A stretch of 64,000 bases of DNA from the human T2T-CHM13v2.0 reference genome, Homo sapiens: NCBI RefSeq assembly GCF_009914755.1, contig NC_060932.1. The stretch is one strand, 5' to 3'. The position numbers were made by a program, and so were the translations under genes. Positions 24,446 through 42,869 of this stretch are shown in pieces. The first letter of the stretch is position 1. The number at the start of each line of letters is the position of its first letter. The notes below the pieces were generated by a model. That model was not told the DNA's origin. It did not search any database and saw only the letters and a list, made by a program, of their open reading frames with translations.

Positions 24446-26473
24446 CTAAGGACAGGCCAGGGCGGCGGGAGAGGCGGACCGGTGGCGTGGCTGGATCTGG
24501 GCGCGCTGTCGGACCTTCCACATCACCAGCTGCAGGCAGGCGTTTGCGTCCTCGCTGGAGTTGTGGCCGTCCTGGCTGTCCTGGATGATCTGTGCCAGGT
24601 AGTCGGCCGCGAGATTCCTGAGGGAGCGCTTGTAGGGGAAACCCAGGTAGTGCGGGAAGAGCACGGCCGTGTCCACCACGGTGCTGTGGATGAGCTTCAG
24701 GGCCAGCAGGTCGCTCTCCAGGCTGTGCCCGATGAGGATGGTTTGGGCGCTGAAAAAGCTCAGCAGGATGGCTTGGACTTGGGGCAACGTGATGCTCGTC
24801 TTGGCGACGTCGGCCTCGGTGACTCCGGAAAACCTGGTGTTGTAGTCCACGATCTCGTTGTCGGGCTTGACGAAGGTGTCGTACACCACTCGCATGTCGG
24901 CGTCCACCACGGTGACGCGGGTCAGCTCTAGGCCATGCGTGGTGTAGCACATCTCACAGTCCAAGGCGTAGATTCCTGGATAAGCGTCTCTGGACAACTC
25001 TTTCTTGAAGGTCTCCACGAAGCCATCGAGGCTCTCCTTGCGGCCGTCCCGCACGTGCTGCTTTGCCACCTGGCAGCCCACAGAGCCAGGAGCAGCTGCA
25101 CAGCAGGTGTACTGGCTAACCCGGCCTCCAGCCACCTGGCTCGAGCGGACCCGCCCCCAGTGATAATAACACAACTGGTCGCGTACACAGCGGCCCGAGG
25201 AGGACACCAGGTACTCGGTGCCACAACGGCAGCAGACCCTGCAGGAGGAGTCGCCGGGCCCCTTCCCCTGGCCAGTGAAGAGGACGGCGCCTCCGGGCCG
25301 CTCGGGGTGCGGGAAGGGGTAGCCGTTCTCCTTGAGCTGGTCCTGGGTGAGCAGGAACTCCTGGAGGCGGCTGTACAGGGCGGCCCTGCTGAGGCCGGGC
25401 ATGGAGCTGGGGGTCAGGCCCTTCAGTCTCTTGAGGGTGTTCAGGACCACGTTCAGGTACCTGTTCTTGTTGGGGCTGCAGTCGTAGGCCACCTTCTCCT
25501 CGTTCAGCGCCTTCTCCTCGGCCTCCTGCTTGGAGGCGCAGAACTTGAGACACTCTTCGGTGAACAGTTGGAGATAGCCTCGGCGGAGGACGGTGGGGAC
25601 TTGGCACCCAGAGCTTCGGAGGATAATGGGTTTCTTCAAACTCAAACTCGGTAAGGATGCACGACGGACGATTCGCTTAGAGCTGGTGGTGGCGGTGGTC
25701 TTGCATGCCATCCCTGACCTGTTGCGCGTCTTCCCTGGCTGTCTGCCGACCTTGGAGCCACGGGAGCGTTGGCTGCTGCTGGCCACCCGGGTTCTCTTGG
25801 CATCTGTGTAACCTGTGACCAAGCAAGGGCTGGAAGAGTGGGCGATCGTCTTCCTCTTCCTGGGGGCTGAGATGCGGACTCCCGAGGGCCTCTCTGTCAG
25901 CCTTGGGGCGGCTGGCAAGCGGCAGGCCGATCCCCTCTGCGCAGGGAAGTAGCACGACTCCGTCACCATCTTGGGCCACGCTGGGGGCACCGCCGGACCC
26001 CTGTTCTGGGGCTCCGCCTGGATGTCCACAAATGCTGAGGCCTGCTTGTGCATCTGGGGCACCCAGAGCCCGAAGCTCTGGGCAGGCTGATGAGAGGGCA
26101 GTGGGAATTCTGGAGCCTCGAGGGCCGCCTCCTCGGCCACCTTCTTAGCTTCTGGGTATCCAGGTGGGAACCAGCAGGGAGCTGTGGCTCGCAACATCTT
26201 GCTGCCTTCGGGAGCACCGGCCGGGCTCTGCTCCGCTCCCAAATGGCGGCTTGCCTCCGGGGCCGCCTCCTTGGCCACCTTCTTAGCTTCTGGGTATCCA
26301 GGGCGGAACCAGCAGGGAGCTGTGGCTCGCAACATCTTGCTGCCTTCGGGAGCACCGGCCTGGCTCTGCTCCCCTCCCAAATGGCGGCTTGCCTCCAGGG
26401 CCGCCTCCTCGGCCACCTTCTTAGCTTCTGGGTATCCAGGGGGGAACCAGCAGGGAGCTGTGGCTCGCAACAT
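24446..26473 (-). CDS. REXO1L1P: REXO1-like (GOR) exonuclease, 675 aa, copy 3
   Basis: Intact ORF; protein identical to copy 1. Confidence 0.93.
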   Translation of the reverse strand: MLRATAPCWFPPGYPEAKKVAEEAALEASRHLGGEQSQAGAPEGSKMLRATAPCWFRPGYPEAKKVAKEAAPEASRHLGAEQSPAGAPEGSKMLRATAPCWFPPGYPEAKKVAEEAALEAPEFPLPSHQPAQSFGLWVPQMHKQASAFVDIQAEPQNRGPAVPPAWPKMVTESCYFPAQRGSACRLPAAPRLTERPSGVRISAPRKRKTIAHSSSPCLVTGYTDAKRTRVASSSQRSRGSKVGRQPGKTRNRSGMACKTTATTSSKRIVRRASLPSLSLKKPIILRSSGCQVPTVLRRGYLQLFTEECLKFCASKQEAEEKALNEEKVAYDCSPNKNRYLNVVLNTLKRLKGLTPSSMPGLSRAALYSRLQEFLLTQDQLKENGYPFPHPERPGGAVLFTGQGKGPGDSSCRVCCRCGTEYLVSSSGRCVRDQLCYYHWGRVRSSQVAGGRVSQYTCCAAAPGSVGCQVAKQHVRDGRKESLDGFVETFKKELSRDAYPGIYALDCEMCYTTHGLELTRVTVVDADMRVVYDTFVKPDNEIVDYNTRFSGVTEADVAKTSITLPQVQAILLSFFSAQTILIGHSLESDLLALKLIHSTVVDTAVLFPHYLGFPYKRSLRNLAADYLAQIIQDSQDGHNSSEDANACLQLVMWKVRQRAQIQPRHRSASPAALACP

Positions 26474-26528
26474 CTTGCTGCCTTCGGGAGCACCGGCCTG
26501 GCTCTGCTCCTCTCCCAACTGGCGGCTT
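26115..26528 (-). repeat. 3 x 138-bp repeat, copy 3
   Basis: Same as 1733-2146. Confidence 0.95.
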
Positions 26529-26531
26529 CAA

Positions 26532-26806
26532 TGAGTGCTGCGGCCGCCACTTGTCGCCTTTATATAGGCACAGGGCAGACTGGGTGGGACTTCTCCTTGA
26601 TAGGTTGGTGCTTCAGTCCAATCACACTGAGCCTCATCTTCCACCAGACTCCAGCTTGGGAATGCCTCAGGGGGTGCGCTAATGGAATCAACTGGAACTC
26701 CCGGTTGCTAAACTTGGAGCTAGGTTGCTTTTCCTGAGTTAAGTAACTGTCCCTGCAGGGCAGTCCTATAATGGCTACTGGAATTGGGCTACCTAGGATT
26801 AAATTA
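26532..26806 (-). promoter_or_regulatory. Putative promoter, copy 3
   Basis: Motifs identical to unit 1. Confidence 0.7.
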
Positions 26807-27011
26807 AGGTTCAGGGAGGTTGGTCAACTTGCTTGGGCCCACACAGCACCCCTTGGAGCCAGGACTGGGCCAGCAGTCTGCTGCATGCTGGAGGGCGGGA
26901 TCCCTCTGGGGCTGCCTTTCCCTGCTCTGTGCACTCCGCCGCTGCGGGCAAATTGAGGACAGGAAGCGGACCGCACCCACTTCTCTCCCAGGACTTGGGC
27001 AATGTTCAACA

Positions 27012-27900
27012 CAGGTGGTCTTCCAAAGGTTCATAGAAAATGCACATGGTGAAGAAACTATGCATGGATTTCCACTGGTTTGCACTAAAATAAACTTGTC
27101 CTAACTTCTGATAACCTTTCTGAACTAGATCTAGTTTGAGGCACTAAGAAGGATGAGACATCCACTGAAAAGGACTCCCATCAGAGCAACATGAATTCCA
27201 CGAAAACTGCAGCAAGAGGAAACATCAAATTTATGGTGAAGCTTGGGTGGAAGATTGAAGAAATCATTGACGTTTTAAGAAAAGCTTGTAAGGACACTAC
27301 CCCGAAGAAATGAACTCTTTACGAATGTATAGCTTGTTTCAAGAAGAGGTGAGAAGATGTGGAAGATGAATCCTGCAGTGGCTGTGAAAACCACTGTGCC
27401 CAGATCAGCTGCAGTTACGACGAGAGCTATCAGTGGAAATTTTAAACAGGAGGGATCACGATCCTGACGCATCCCTCTGACAAATTGTAAGCGGAAGTTG
27501 GAACATGGCTTCACCAATATGATCTCCAAGGCAAAGCATCATGAAAGCGATGGCTACCAAGAGGTGGCAGTGGTCCAGTCAAAGGAAAAGGAGGCCAGTC
27601 AGGAGCCCACATCATAGCATCAGTGTTTTGGGACACTCAAGGCATTTTGCTTGTTGACTTTCTGAAAGGCCAAACATCTGCTTATTAGGAGAGTGTTCTG
27701 AGAAGCTTAGATAAAGCTTTGGTAGAAACATGCTGGGAAAGTCTCACTAGATCCTTGTTCACCACATCAATGCTCTGCTCATTCCTCTCATCAAACAAGG
27801 GCAATTTTGTCAGTTTCAATGGACAGTCCTTAGGAATTCACCTTACGGGCTGCTTTCATTCCTTCTAAATTCTTTTTGTTTCCTAATGATAAAAAGTCTC
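27012..27900 (+). mobile_element. HSMAR2 remnant, unit 3
   Basis: Copy of 2630-3518. Confidence 0.88.
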
Positions 27901-30338
27901 CTTGCCTTGCTTGGAAAGATGAGAGAAAGTCTCCTTACCTTGTTTGGACAGATGAGAGATGAGATCCTCCTCTTCTCTCCCAGGACAGAATGGTGAGACT
28001 TGAGTTTCCTTTCTCCTCACTCTTCTCCTCCTTGAGGGAGCTGCTGTGCCGGACAGACCTGCCCCCGTGTCTAGACACTGGTAGACTCGTTTAAGTTCCT
28101 CACAGGCAATCCTCCATGGGGTCAAAGTGGAAGGACTTATTTCTTCAGGGCTCAGTAGTCCACATCCTGGCGCGCACCTTCACCAGCCCAGGGCGGGGTA
28201 GAGGAGGGTGAAAGGGCGTGGCTCAGAGCCCGCTTCTTCCGCTCGGGCGTATCCTGGGAGGAACCCTTGTCCGGTGAGCATGTCTTCGTCTCTACCAAAT
28301 TCCCTAGTGGGACATTTCTGGCAGCCCTACTTGTTCAGCAGCTTACGGGGGTCAGGTGGACCTCTGCTAGTCACCAGCCTGAAGCCCTTTCTCCATTTCA
28401 GCTATTTTGGCAGTTGCCTAGGTGACTTTTGAACCTCATTATCCAGAACAGCAAACGGACGAGGGGTGAGAAGAGTGGCCGTCTGGGTTTGCAGCATAGT
28501 GCTGCCTTCTAGGAGTTGTGCAGTCTTCGATTGTGTGAAACTTCACCTGGCTGATTTGTGGCAATGCCTCCACAAATTCGCTAAATTCAGTAGCTTTTGC
28601 CTTCCAAGATTCATTTACACAATGTTGAATGCTTTAAAGGAATGAGCATGAAGAGTGCTGGGCTGGAAAGTGATGAGATGGGTGGTAGGGACTCCTCGGA
28701 GTAGAGGAGTAGAGTTTTACTATTATGACTAGGAGGCAAATAAAAAGAAGCTGAACGTGATCCATAATAAAAGAAGCACACACTCACAGAGCTCCATACC
28801 AACTACATTAAAATGGAAATCATGATATTTGGAAATACAACTTAATTGGAAATCATTAAGTAATCTCATCAACCTTTTTACAGTGGGTGGCAGGGCTATG
28901 GAGGGAAAACAGCAATGGTTCTGGCACCTACTTAACTTGATTCCATTAAATTCACCCAACAGGCCTCCAGAGAAGATATTACTGCTTTGATATTACAAAG
29001 GGAAAAACAGCTATGGCGTCTCTGAAAAGCGCAACGTGCTAGGACTGGAATGACTTTAAAACCACACATAAATTTCTGAGAGATTTTTGCCATAAGGTAC
29101 CATCCACCTTACTGTAAACCACATCCTAAAATTGTCTGCAGTGCAAATGGATTATGTGCATCCAACAGGAAACAGCATAGGTTGAGAAGCTGTTACTTAA
29201 TAGCTTCATTGTCACCACGAGTGTAAAGTGTGGGGTCTCATCACTTTTGCACCCACGTTTTGCCTGTTGGTTTCTCCACACTGTCAGGAGCATTTGACCA
29301 ACTCACTGTGGCTCAGGGTCCCTTACGCAGCCTGTTGGGGAAACCAGTGGGTATTGAAGACCTGCCTCTGGTGTGCCAGGAGGTTGTGCCTGCCGGCCAC
29401 TCTGACTTGCGATCTTCCGCCTCAGTGTATGGCTTCCTACACCTGGGTAATTAACATTGCCAGCATGATAAGGAGGTCCTTTCATCACTATTGCCACTAG
29501 TCCTTCCGACTCCTGTGCCCTGTTTCTCCTTTATTGGAACCCAAGAACGAGTAAACATAGCATTTTCAAACATCCCGCCCCCTTCCCTGGTAACACCAAT
29601 ATTCCACCATCCTAATTCCCTCACAAGCATTCAGTCTCTCCACCCTGAGGTGGTGAAATCCCTGCAGGCATTTATAAGTATACCTGGACAGAAGAAATAC
29701 AAGATACCGTTCTATTAACTCAATGTAGTGTTGCTAAGTTCGTACTTTTGCTTGGTTTATTTTATTTTATAAATAGGTATCACTCGCATGGTTCCAAATG
29801 CGATAGGCACAGAGAGTATATATGATGGAATTACATCCTCCTTCCCTGCACTCAGCAACCGAGATCTTCCCGCTACGGGCACTCAAAGGTTTCATTGTCT
29901 GAAATATCAGCCTAAACGTAGTTTATGTTTAGGAAGCAACAACCGTAAATAGGCCCACATCCAAACGGAGTGGATTTAGGTTTCACTTTTTCAAGGAAAA
30001 ACCATCAAAGAATTTTTCCACATACTTATAAACCATCCCACGTATAGAATCCATTTTTACTGACACAAATTTAGTACCAATAAACGACTCTTCTTCTCAA
30101 TTTGTTTTATTTAACAATAAGTCTTGAACGTCATTCCCAGTTAACATTTTGAAGAGTTTCCTCTCTTTCGTTCTGTTTTAGCTGCAAAGTATTCTTCCGT
30201 AAGGATGAACGTACTATAATTTATTAGCCAGCCACTTAGTGATGTACAATTAAGCAGTTTTAAATCTTTGACTCTTGGAAATATTGTTTCTCACACATAA
30301 ATATTTCTATAAAATAAATTAGTTGAATTAGAATTGTT

Positions 30339-30552
30339 GGAGTTCAAGACCAGCCTGGCCAACATGGTGAAACCCCATCTCTACTAGAAACACAAAATTA
30401 GCCGGACATGCCGGTACATGCCTCTAATCTCAGGTGAGGCAGGAGAATCACTTCAACCTGGGAGGCAGAGGTTGTAGTGACTCGAAATCAAGCCACTGCA
30501 CTCCAGCCTGGGCGACGCGAGCGAAACTCTGTCTCAAAAAACCAAAAAAAAT
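30339..30552 (+). mobile_element. Truncated Alu (AluS-like), unit 3
   Basis: Copy of 5957-6170. Confidence 0.92.
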
Positions 30553-30679
30553 TAAACATAAAAAGAAAAGCGGTACATATACCCAATAGAACACAATTCA
30601 GCCTTAAAAAAGAAAGAAATCATCTCATTGGCAACACGAATGAGCCTAGAGGATGGTACACTGAGTGAAAGAAAGCAAA

Positions 30680-30997
30680 GGCCAGGCACGGTGGCTCATG
30701 CCTGTAATCCCAGTACTTTGGGAGGCCAAGGCAGGTGGAAGCGTTGAGCCCAGGAGTTGGAGATGAACCTGGGCAACATGGTGAAACCCCATCTCTAAAA
30801 GAAACACAAAAATTAGCCAAGTGTGGCGTTGGACGCCTGTAGTCCTAGCTATTCAGGAGGCTGAAGCGGGAGGAACTCTCGACCCCGGGAGGTGGAGGCC
30901 GTGGTGAGTGAGCCGTGTTTGTGTCACTGTACTCCAGCCTGGGTGACAGACTGAGACCCTGTCTCAAAAAATAAATAATTACATAATAAAGATTTAA
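30680..30997 (+). mobile_element. Alu (AluJ-like) within L1M, unit 3
   Basis: Copy of 6298-6615. Confidence 0.93.
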
Positions 30998-32399
30998 AAA
31001 GCAAGCACAAAAAGACAAATACTGCATGATCTCACTTATATGTGCAATCTCAAACAATGCAACTCATAGCTGTAGAGAGCAGAACGGTGGTTACCCGAGG
31101 CAGGGGTCAGGGAGGGACTGGAGAGATGATAGTCTCATGATACAAAATTTCAGAGAGGAATGGTTCTAGAGATCTATTGAACAGCCTGGCATCTACAGTG
31201 TATAAGTATGTATTGTATACTTGAAAATTGCTATAAGAGTAGATTTTAGACATGTCCTCATCACATTAAAATCAGTATGTGAGGAAACGAGTGTGTTAAT
31301 TAGCTTGATTTTGTCATTCCACAATGTATACACGTATGAAACATCATGTTGTATGCCATAAATATATATAATTTTTATTTGTCAAGTTAAAATTAAAATT
31401 CATATAAATTATAAAAATAAAATGAAATAACATACACTACAAAAGACGTTTATTTATTAAATCCCCACAGAAGGGGTCTAAGTGATAAAGGAAAATAAAA
31501 TTCCGGGAACGGTAAAATCAATCAGAAATGCCCTACTTCAGTGCTTTCCGAAATTTGTCTGACAGAGTGGAAATCCAGTTTTTCACTAAGTCACTGTTCT
31601 GGAACAGTTTGTGTGTGTGTATGTATGTGTGTGAGGGCTCACATACACAAATTGAACTAATGGAAGTGTAAGCATTAAAATTATCAGTTTAATTTAGTTC
31701 TATACATATACACACACACACACTCACACACCGAAAACATTGATAAAATCAGCCATTCCAGCAAAACTAGCTACTTAGTGTCTATCTCTCCTTGAAGATT
31801 CAAACTAGAAATGAGGATTTAGAGAGGCATGATGGTTCATACTCTCTTGGAGCCCAGTTCGAAGTTGACTGACTGATTCAGTCATTGTAATTGGTTGGTC
31901 TTGGGGAAGAATCCACTTTGACTCTTGGGAAGTCAGCTAGGTCAGCGGACAGAGCAGGGGCTCTGGAGCCAGACTGCCTGCACCCGACTTCTAGCTATGA
32001 TACCTTGGATAAACTACTTATCACCTGGGCTTCAGGTTCCTCATCTGTAAAATGGGGATAAGAATGCTATCTCTCTCACAACTATTAGGAGGACTGACTG
32101 GGTTAATACGTGCAAAGTACCGAGTACATAAGAAACCAACAGCCAGTGCTCATTACAATCATTATTATTTTGGGCAAGTTAAGCCGCATGGTTTCTTTAG
32201 GTATAAAATTAGGCTTTATTTACCTACCTGTTGGGTTGTTCCAAGGATTAATCACATAGTGTTCATGAATTCCCTTTATAAACTATTATAGAAAAGAAAT
32301 ATAGTTAACATTAATTGAACACCTACTATGTGCGATCGTTTTAAGGCTTGCCATGTGCTGCTTCATTCAGTCCGCACCATGACATTAGGATCACACTTT

Positions 32400-36071
<3,672 letters not shown>

Positions 36072-36635
36072 GATCACACTTTAAAGACCAAAAGGTAGAA
36101 GCGCAAAGACGTTATCTGTCCAATATTACAAACCTAGTAAGTGGTGGAATTTGGCCTTGAACCCAGATCTGTAACTCCAGAGCCGAAGTGCTTCACCCAC
36201 CTCCCTGTGGTGCCTCTACAGAAAAAGAGGTAAGCAGGCATTCCGAAAGCTGGTGGGCCGGGGGGCTGGCCTTGTACTCAGAAGCCATGGAAGTCCCACG
36301 TGGGGTGGCTAGTGGTGTAAGGACAGAGGTCTCGGATGGGCAGAGGGATGTGGACAGGCGCGAGGGCGCGCGGCAGGGACTCGGGGGACTGGGAGTGGCG
36401 GCTCGGGGCTGCGGGAGGCGATTGGTGGAAGGACAGAGGTCTGGGAGGGGCAGAGGGATGTGGACAGGCCCGAGGGGCCGCGGCAGGGATTCCGGGGGAC
36501 CGGGAGTGGGGGGTTGGGGTTACTCTTGGCTTTTTGCCCTCTCCTGCCGCCGGCTGCTCCAGTTTCTTTCGCTTTGCGGCGAGGTGGGCAGGGTGAGCTC
36601 TCGGGACTGATGGCGGTTTTGGAAGAGGCCTGGGG

Positions 36636-38663
36636 CTAAGGACAGGCCAGGGCGGCGGGAGAGGCGGACCGGTGGCGTGGCTGGATCTGGGCGCGCTGTC
36701 GGACCTTCCACATCACCAGCTGCAGGCAGGCGTTTGCGTCCTCGCTGGAGTTGTGGCCGTCCTGGCTGTCCTGGATGATCTGTGCCAGGTAGTCGGCCGC
36801 GAGATTCCTGAGGGAGCGCTTGTAGGGGAAACCCAGGTAGTGCGGGAAGAGCACGGCCGTGTCCACCACGGTGCTGTGGATGAGCTTCAGGGCCAGCAGG
36901 TCGCTCTCCAGGCTGTGCCCGATGAGGATGGTTTGGGCGCTGAAAAAGCTCAGCAGGATGGCTTGGACTTGGGGCAACGTGATGCTCGTCTTGGCGACGT
37001 CGGCCTCGGTGACTCCGGAAAACCTGGTGTTGTAGTCCACGATCTCGTTGTCGGGCTTGACGAAGGTGTCGTACACCACTCGCATGTCGGCGTCCACCAC
37101 GGTGACGCGGGTCAGCTCTAGGCCATGCGTGGTGTAGCACATCTCACAGTCCAAGGCGTAGATTCCTGGATAAGCGTCTCTGGACAACTCTTTCTTGAAG
37201 GTCTCCACGAAGCCATCGAGGCTCTCCTTGCGGCCGTCCCGCACGTGCTGCTTTGCCACCTGGCAGCCCACAGAGCCAGGAGCAGCTGCACAGCAGGTGT
37301 ACTGGCTAACCCGGCCTCCAGCCACCTGGCTCGAGCGGACCCGCCCCCAGTGATAATAACACAACTGGTCGCGTACACAGCGGCCCGAGGAGGACACCAG
37401 GTACTCGGTGCCACAACGGCAGCAGACCCTGCAGGAGGAGTCGCCGGGCCCCTTCCCCTGGCCAGTGAAGAGGACGGCGCCTCCGGGCCGCTCGGGGTGC
37501 GGGAAGGGGTAGCCGTTCTCCTTGAGCTGGTCCTGGGTGAGCAGGAACTCCTGGAGGCGGCTGTACAGGGCGGCCCTGCTGAGGCAGGGCATGGAGCTGG
37601 GGGTCAGGCCCTTCAGTCTCTTGAGGGTGTTCAGGACCACGTTCAGGTACCTGTTCTTGTTGGGGCTGCAGTCGTAGGCCACCTTCTCCTCGTTCAGCGC
37701 CTTCTCCTCGGCCTCCTGCTTGGAGGCGCAGAACTTGAGACACTCTTCGGTGAACAGTTGGAGATAGCCTCGGCGGAGGACGGTGGGGACTTGGCACCCA
37801 GAGCTTCGGAGGATAATGGGTTTCTTCAAACTCAAACTCGGTAAGGATGCACGACGGACGATTCGCTTAGAGCTGGTGGTGGCGGTGGTCTTGCATGCCA
37901 TCCCTGACCTGTTGCGCGTCTTCCCTGGCTGTCTGCCGACCTTGGAGCCACGGGAGCGTTGGCTGCTGCTGGCCACCCGGGTTCTCTTGGCATCTGTGTA
38001 ACCTGTGACCAAGCAAGGGCTGGAAGAGTGGGCGATCGTCTTCCTCTTCCTGGGGGCTGAGATGCGGACTCCCGAGGGCCTCTCTGTCAGCCTTGGGGCG
38101 GCTGGCAAGCGGCAGGCCGATCCCCTCTGCGCAGGGAAGTAGCACGACTCCGTCACCATCTTGGGCCACGCTGGGGGCACCGCCGGACCCCTGTTCTGGG
38201 GCTCCGCCTGGATGTCCACAAATGCTGAGGCCTGCTTGTGCATCTGGGGCACCCAGAGCCCGAAGCTCTGGGCAGGCTGATGAGAGGGCAGTGGGAATTC
38301 TGGAGCCTCGAGGGCCGCCTCCTCGGCCACCTTCTTAGCTTCTGGGTATCCAGGTGGGAACCAGCAGGGAGCTGTGGCTCGCAACATCTTGCTGCCTTCG
38401 GGAGCACCGGCCGGGCTCTGCTCCGCTCCCAAATGGCGGCTTGCCTCCGGGGCCGCCTCCTTGGCCACCTTCTTAGCTTCTGGGTATCCAGGGCGGAACC
38501 AGCAGGGAGCTGTGGCTCGCAACATCTTGCTGCCTTCGGGAGCACCGGCCTGGCTCTGCTCCCCTCCCAAATGGCGGCTTGCCTCCAGGGCCGCCTCCTC
38601 GGCCACCTTCTTAGCTTCTGGGTATCCAGGGGGGAACCAGCAGGGAGCTGTGGCTCGCAACAT
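36636..38663 (-). CDS. REXO1L1P: REXO1-like (GOR) exonuclease, 675 aa, copy 4
   Basis: Intact ORF; one G>C change (SMPCLSR, nt ~37586). Confidence 0.93.
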   Translation of the reverse strand: MLRATAPCWFPPGYPEAKKVAEEAALEASRHLGGEQSQAGAPEGSKMLRATAPCWFRPGYPEAKKVAKEAAPEASRHLGAEQSPAGAPEGSKMLRATAPCWFPPGYPEAKKVAEEAALEAPEFPLPSHQPAQSFGLWVPQMHKQASAFVDIQAEPQNRGPAVPPAWPKMVTESCYFPAQRGSACRLPAAPRLTERPSGVRISAPRKRKTIAHSSSPCLVTGYTDAKRTRVASSSQRSRGSKVGRQPGKTRNRSGMACKTTATTSSKRIVRRASLPSLSLKKPIILRSSGCQVPTVLRRGYLQLFTEECLKFCASKQEAEEKALNEEKVAYDCSPNKNRYLNVVLNTLKRLKGLTPSSMPCLSRAALYSRLQEFLLTQDQLKENGYPFPHPERPGGAVLFTGQGKGPGDSSCRVCCRCGTEYLVSSSGRCVRDQLCYYHWGRVRSSQVAGGRVSQYTCCAAAPGSVGCQVAKQHVRDGRKESLDGFVETFKKELSRDAYPGIYALDCEMCYTTHGLELTRVTVVDADMRVVYDTFVKPDNEIVDYNTRFSGVTEADVAKTSITLPQVQAILLSFFSAQTILIGHSLESDLLALKLIHSTVVDTAVLFPHYLGFPYKRSLRNLAADYLAQIIQDSQDGHNSSEDANACLQLVMWKVRQRAQIQPRHRSASPAALACP

Positions 38664-38718
38664 CTTGCTGCCTTCGGGAGCACCGGCCTGGCTCTGCTCC
38701 TCTCCCAACTGGCGGCTT
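38305..38718 (-). repeat. 3 x 138-bp repeat, copy 4
   Basis: Same as 1733-2146. Confidence 0.95.
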
Positions 38719-38721
38719 CAA

Positions 38722-38996
38722 TGAGTGCTGCGGCCGCCACTTGTCGCCTTTATATAGGCACAGGGCAGACTGGGTGGGACTTCTCCTTGATAGGTTGGTG
38801 CTTCAGTCCAATCACACTGAGCCTCATCTTCCACCAGACTCCAGCTTGGGAATGCCTCAGGGGGTGCGCTAATGGAATCAACTGGAACTCCCGGTTGCTA
38901 AACTTGGAGCTAGGTTGCTTTTCCTGAGTTAAGTAACTGTCCCTGCAGGGCAGTCCTATAATGGCTACTGGAATTGGGCTACCTAGGATTAAATTA
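38722..38996 (-). promoter_or_regulatory. Putative promoter, copy 4
   Basis: Motifs identical to unit 1. Confidence 0.7.
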
Positions 38997-39201
38997 AGGT
39001 TCAGGGAGGTTGGTCAACTTGCTTGGGCCCACACAGCACCCCTTGGAGCCAGGACTGGGCCAGCAGTCTGCTGCATGCTGGAGGGCGGGATCCCTCTGGG
39101 GCTGCCTTTCCCTGCTCTGTGCACTCCGCCGCTGCGGGCAAATTGAGGACAGGAAGCGGACCGCACCCACTTCTCTCCCAGGACTTGGGCAATGTTCAAC
39201 A

Positions 39202-40090
39202 CAGGTGGTCTTCCAAAGGTTCATAGAAAATGCACATGGTGAAGAAACTATGCATGGATTTCCACTGGTTTGCACTAAAATAAACTTGTCCTAACTTCTG
39301 ATAACCTTTCTGAACTAGATCTAGTTTGAGGCACTAAGAAGGATGAGACATCCACTGAAAAGGACTCCCATCAGAGCAACATGAATTCCACGAAAATTGC
39401 AGCAAGAGGAAACATCAAATTTGTGGTGAAGCTTGGGTGGAAGATTGAAGAAATCATTGACGTTTTAAGAAAAGCTTGTAAGGACACTACCCCGAAGAAA
39501 TGAACTCTTTACGAATGTATAGCTTGTTTCAAGAAGAGTTGAGAAGATGTGGAAGATGAATCCTGCAGTGGCTGTGAAAACCACTGTGCCCAGATGAGCT
39601 GCAGTTACGACGAGAGCTATCAGTGGAAATTTTAAACAGGAGGGATCACGATCCTGACGCATCCCTCTGACAAATTGTAAGCGGAAGTTGGAACATGGCT
39701 TCACCAATATGATCTCGAAGGCAAAGCATCATGAAAACGATGGCTACCAAGAGGTGGCAGTGGTCCAGTCAAAGGAAAAGGAGGCCAGTCAGGAGCCCAC
39801 ATCATGGCATCAGTGTTTTGGGACACTCAAGGCATTTTGCTTGTTGACTTTCTGAAAGGCCAAACATCTGCTTATTAGGAGAGTGTTCTGAGAAGCTTAG
39901 ATAAAGCTTTGGTAGAAACATGCTGGGAAAGTCTCACTAGATCCTTGTTCACCACATCAATGCTCTGCTCATTCCTCTCATCAAACAAGGGCAATTTTGT
40001 CAGTTTCAATGGGCAGTCCTTAGGAATTCACCTTACGGGCTGCTTTCATTCCTTCTAAATTCTTTTTGTTTCCTAATGATAAAAAGTCTC
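39202..40090 (+). mobile_element. HSMAR2 remnant, unit 4
   Basis: Copy of 2630-3518. Confidence 0.88.
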
Positions 40091-42528
40091 CTTGCCTTGC
40101 TTGGAAAGATGAGAGAAAGTCTCCTTGCCTTGTTTGGACAGATGAGAGATGAGATCCTCCTCTTCTCTCCCAGGACAGAATGGTGAGACTTGAGTTTCCT
40201 TTCTCCTCACTCTTCTCCTCCTTGAGGGAGCTGCTGTGCCGGACAGACCTGCCCCCGTGTCTAGACACTGGTAGACTCGTTTAAGTTCCTCACAGGCAAT
40301 CCTCCATGGGGTCAAAGTGGAAGGACTTATTTCTTCAGGGCTCAGTAGTCCACATCCTGGCGCGCACCTTCACCAGCCCAGGGCGGGGTAGAGGAGGGTG
40401 AAAGGGCGTGGCTCAGAGCCCGCTTCTTCCGCTCGGGCGTATCCTGGGAGGAACCCTTGTCCGGTGAGCATGTCTTCGTCTCTACCAAATTCCCTAGTGG
40501 GACATTTCTGGCAGCCCTACTTGTTCAGCAGCTTACGGGGGTCAGGTGGACCTCTGCTAGTCACCAGCCTGAAGCCCTTTCTCCATTTCAGCTATTTTGG
40601 CAGTTGCCTAGGTGACTTTTGAACCTCATTATCCAGAACAGCAAACGGACGAGGGGTGAGAAGAGTGGCCGTCTGGGTTTGCAGCATAGTGCTGCCTTCT
40701 AGGAGTTGTGCAGTCTTCGATTGTGTGAAACTTCACCTGGCTGATTTGTGGCAATGCCTCCACAAAATCGCTAAATTCAGTAGCTTTGGCCTTCCAAGAT
40801 TCATTTACACAATGTTGAATGCTTTAAATGAATGAGCATGAAGAGTGCTGGGCTGGAAAGTGATGAGATGGGTGGTAGGGACTCCTCGGAGTAGAGGAGT
40901 AGAGTTTTACTATTATGACTAGGAGGCAAATAAAAAGAAGCTGAACGTGATCCATAATAAAAGAAGCACACACTCACAGAGCTCCATACCAACTACATTA
41001 AAATGGAAATCATGATATTTGGAAATACAACTTAATTGGAAATCATTAAGTAATCTCATCAACCTTTTTACAGTGGGTGGCAGGGCTATGGAGGGAAAAC
41101 AGCAATGGTTCTGGCACCTACTTAACTTGATTCCATTAAATTCACCCAACAGGCCTCCAGAGAAGATATTACTGCTTTGATATTACAAAGGGAAAAACAG
41201 CTATGGCGTCTCTGAAAAGCACAACGTGCTAGGACTGGAATGACTTTAAAACCACACATAAATTTCTGAGAGATTTTTGCCATAAGGTACCATCCACCTT
41301 ACTGTAAACCACATCCTAAAATTGTCTGCAGTGCAAATGGATTATGTGCATCCAACAGGAAACAGCATAGGTTGAGAAGCTGTTACTTAATAGCTTCATT
41401 GTCACCACGAGTGTAAAGTGTGGGGTCTCATCACTTTTGCACCCACGTTTTGCCTGTTGGTTTCTCCACACTGTCAGGAGCATTTGACCAACTCACTGTG
41501 GCTCAGGGTCCCTTACGCAGCCTGTTGGGGAAACCAGTGGGTATTGAAGACCTGCCTCTGGTGTGCCAGGAGGTTGTGCCTGCCGGCCACTCTGACTTGC
41601 GATCTTCCGCCTCAGTGTATGGCTTCCTACACCTGGGTAATTAACATAGCCAGCATGATAAGGAGGTCCTTTCATCACTATTGCCACTAGTCCTTCCGAC
41701 TCCTGTGCCCTGTTTCTCCTTTATTGGAACCCAAGAACGAGTAAACATAGCATTTTCAAACATCCCGCCCCCTTCCCTGGTAACACCAATATTCCACCAT
41801 CCTAATTCCCTCACAAGCATTGAGTCTCTCCACCCTGAGGTGGTGAAATCCCTGCAGGCATTTATAAGTATACCTGGACAGAAGAAATACAAGATACCGT
41901 TCTATTAACTCAATATAGTGTTGCTAAGTTCGTACTTTTGCTTGGTTTATTTTATTTTATAAATAGGTATCACTCGCATGGTTCCAAATGCGATAGGCAC
42001 AGAGAGTATATATGATGGAATTACATCCTCCTTCCCTGCACTCAGCAACCGAGATCTTCCCGCTACGGGCACTCAAAGGTTTCATTGTCTGAAATATCAG
42101 CCTAAACGTAGTTTATGTTTAGGAAGCAACAACCGTAAATAGGCCCACATCCAAACGGAGTGGATTTAGGTTTCACTTTTTCAAGGAAAAACCATCAAAG
42201 AATTTTTCCACATACTTATAAACCATCCCACGTATAGAATCCATTTTTACTGACACAAATTTAGTACCAATAAACGACTCTTCTTCTCAATTTGTTTTAT
42301 TTAACAATAAGTCTTGAACGTCATTCCCAGTTAACATTTTGAAGAGTTTCCTCTCTTTCGTTCTGTTTTAGCTGCAAAGTATTCTTCCGTAAGGATGAAC
42401 GTACTATAATTTATTAGCCAGCCACTTAGTGATGTACAATTAAGCAGTTTTAAATCTTTGACTCTTGAAAATATTGTTTCTCACACATAAATATTTCTAT
42501 AAAATAAATTAGTTGAATTAGAATTGTT

Positions 42529-42742
42529 GGAGTTCAAGACCAGCCTGGCCAACATGGTGAAACCCCATCTCTACTAGAAACACAAAATTAGCCGGACATG
42601 CCGGTACATGCCTCTAATCTCAGGTGAGGCAGGAGAATCACTTCAACCTGGGAGGCAGAGGTTGTAGTGACTCGAAATCACGCCACTGCACTCCAGCCTG
42701 GGCGACGCGAGCGAAACTCTGTCTCAAAAAACCAAAAAAAAT
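42529..42742 (+). mobile_element. Truncated Alu (AluS-like), unit 4
   Basis: Copy of 5957-6170. Confidence 0.92.
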
Positions 42743-42869
42743 TAAACATAAAAAGAAAAGCGGTACATATACCCAATAGAACACAATTCAGCCTTAAAAA
42801 AGAAAGAAATCATCTCATTGGCAACACGAATGAGCCTAGAGGATGGTACACTGAGTGAAAGAAAGCAAA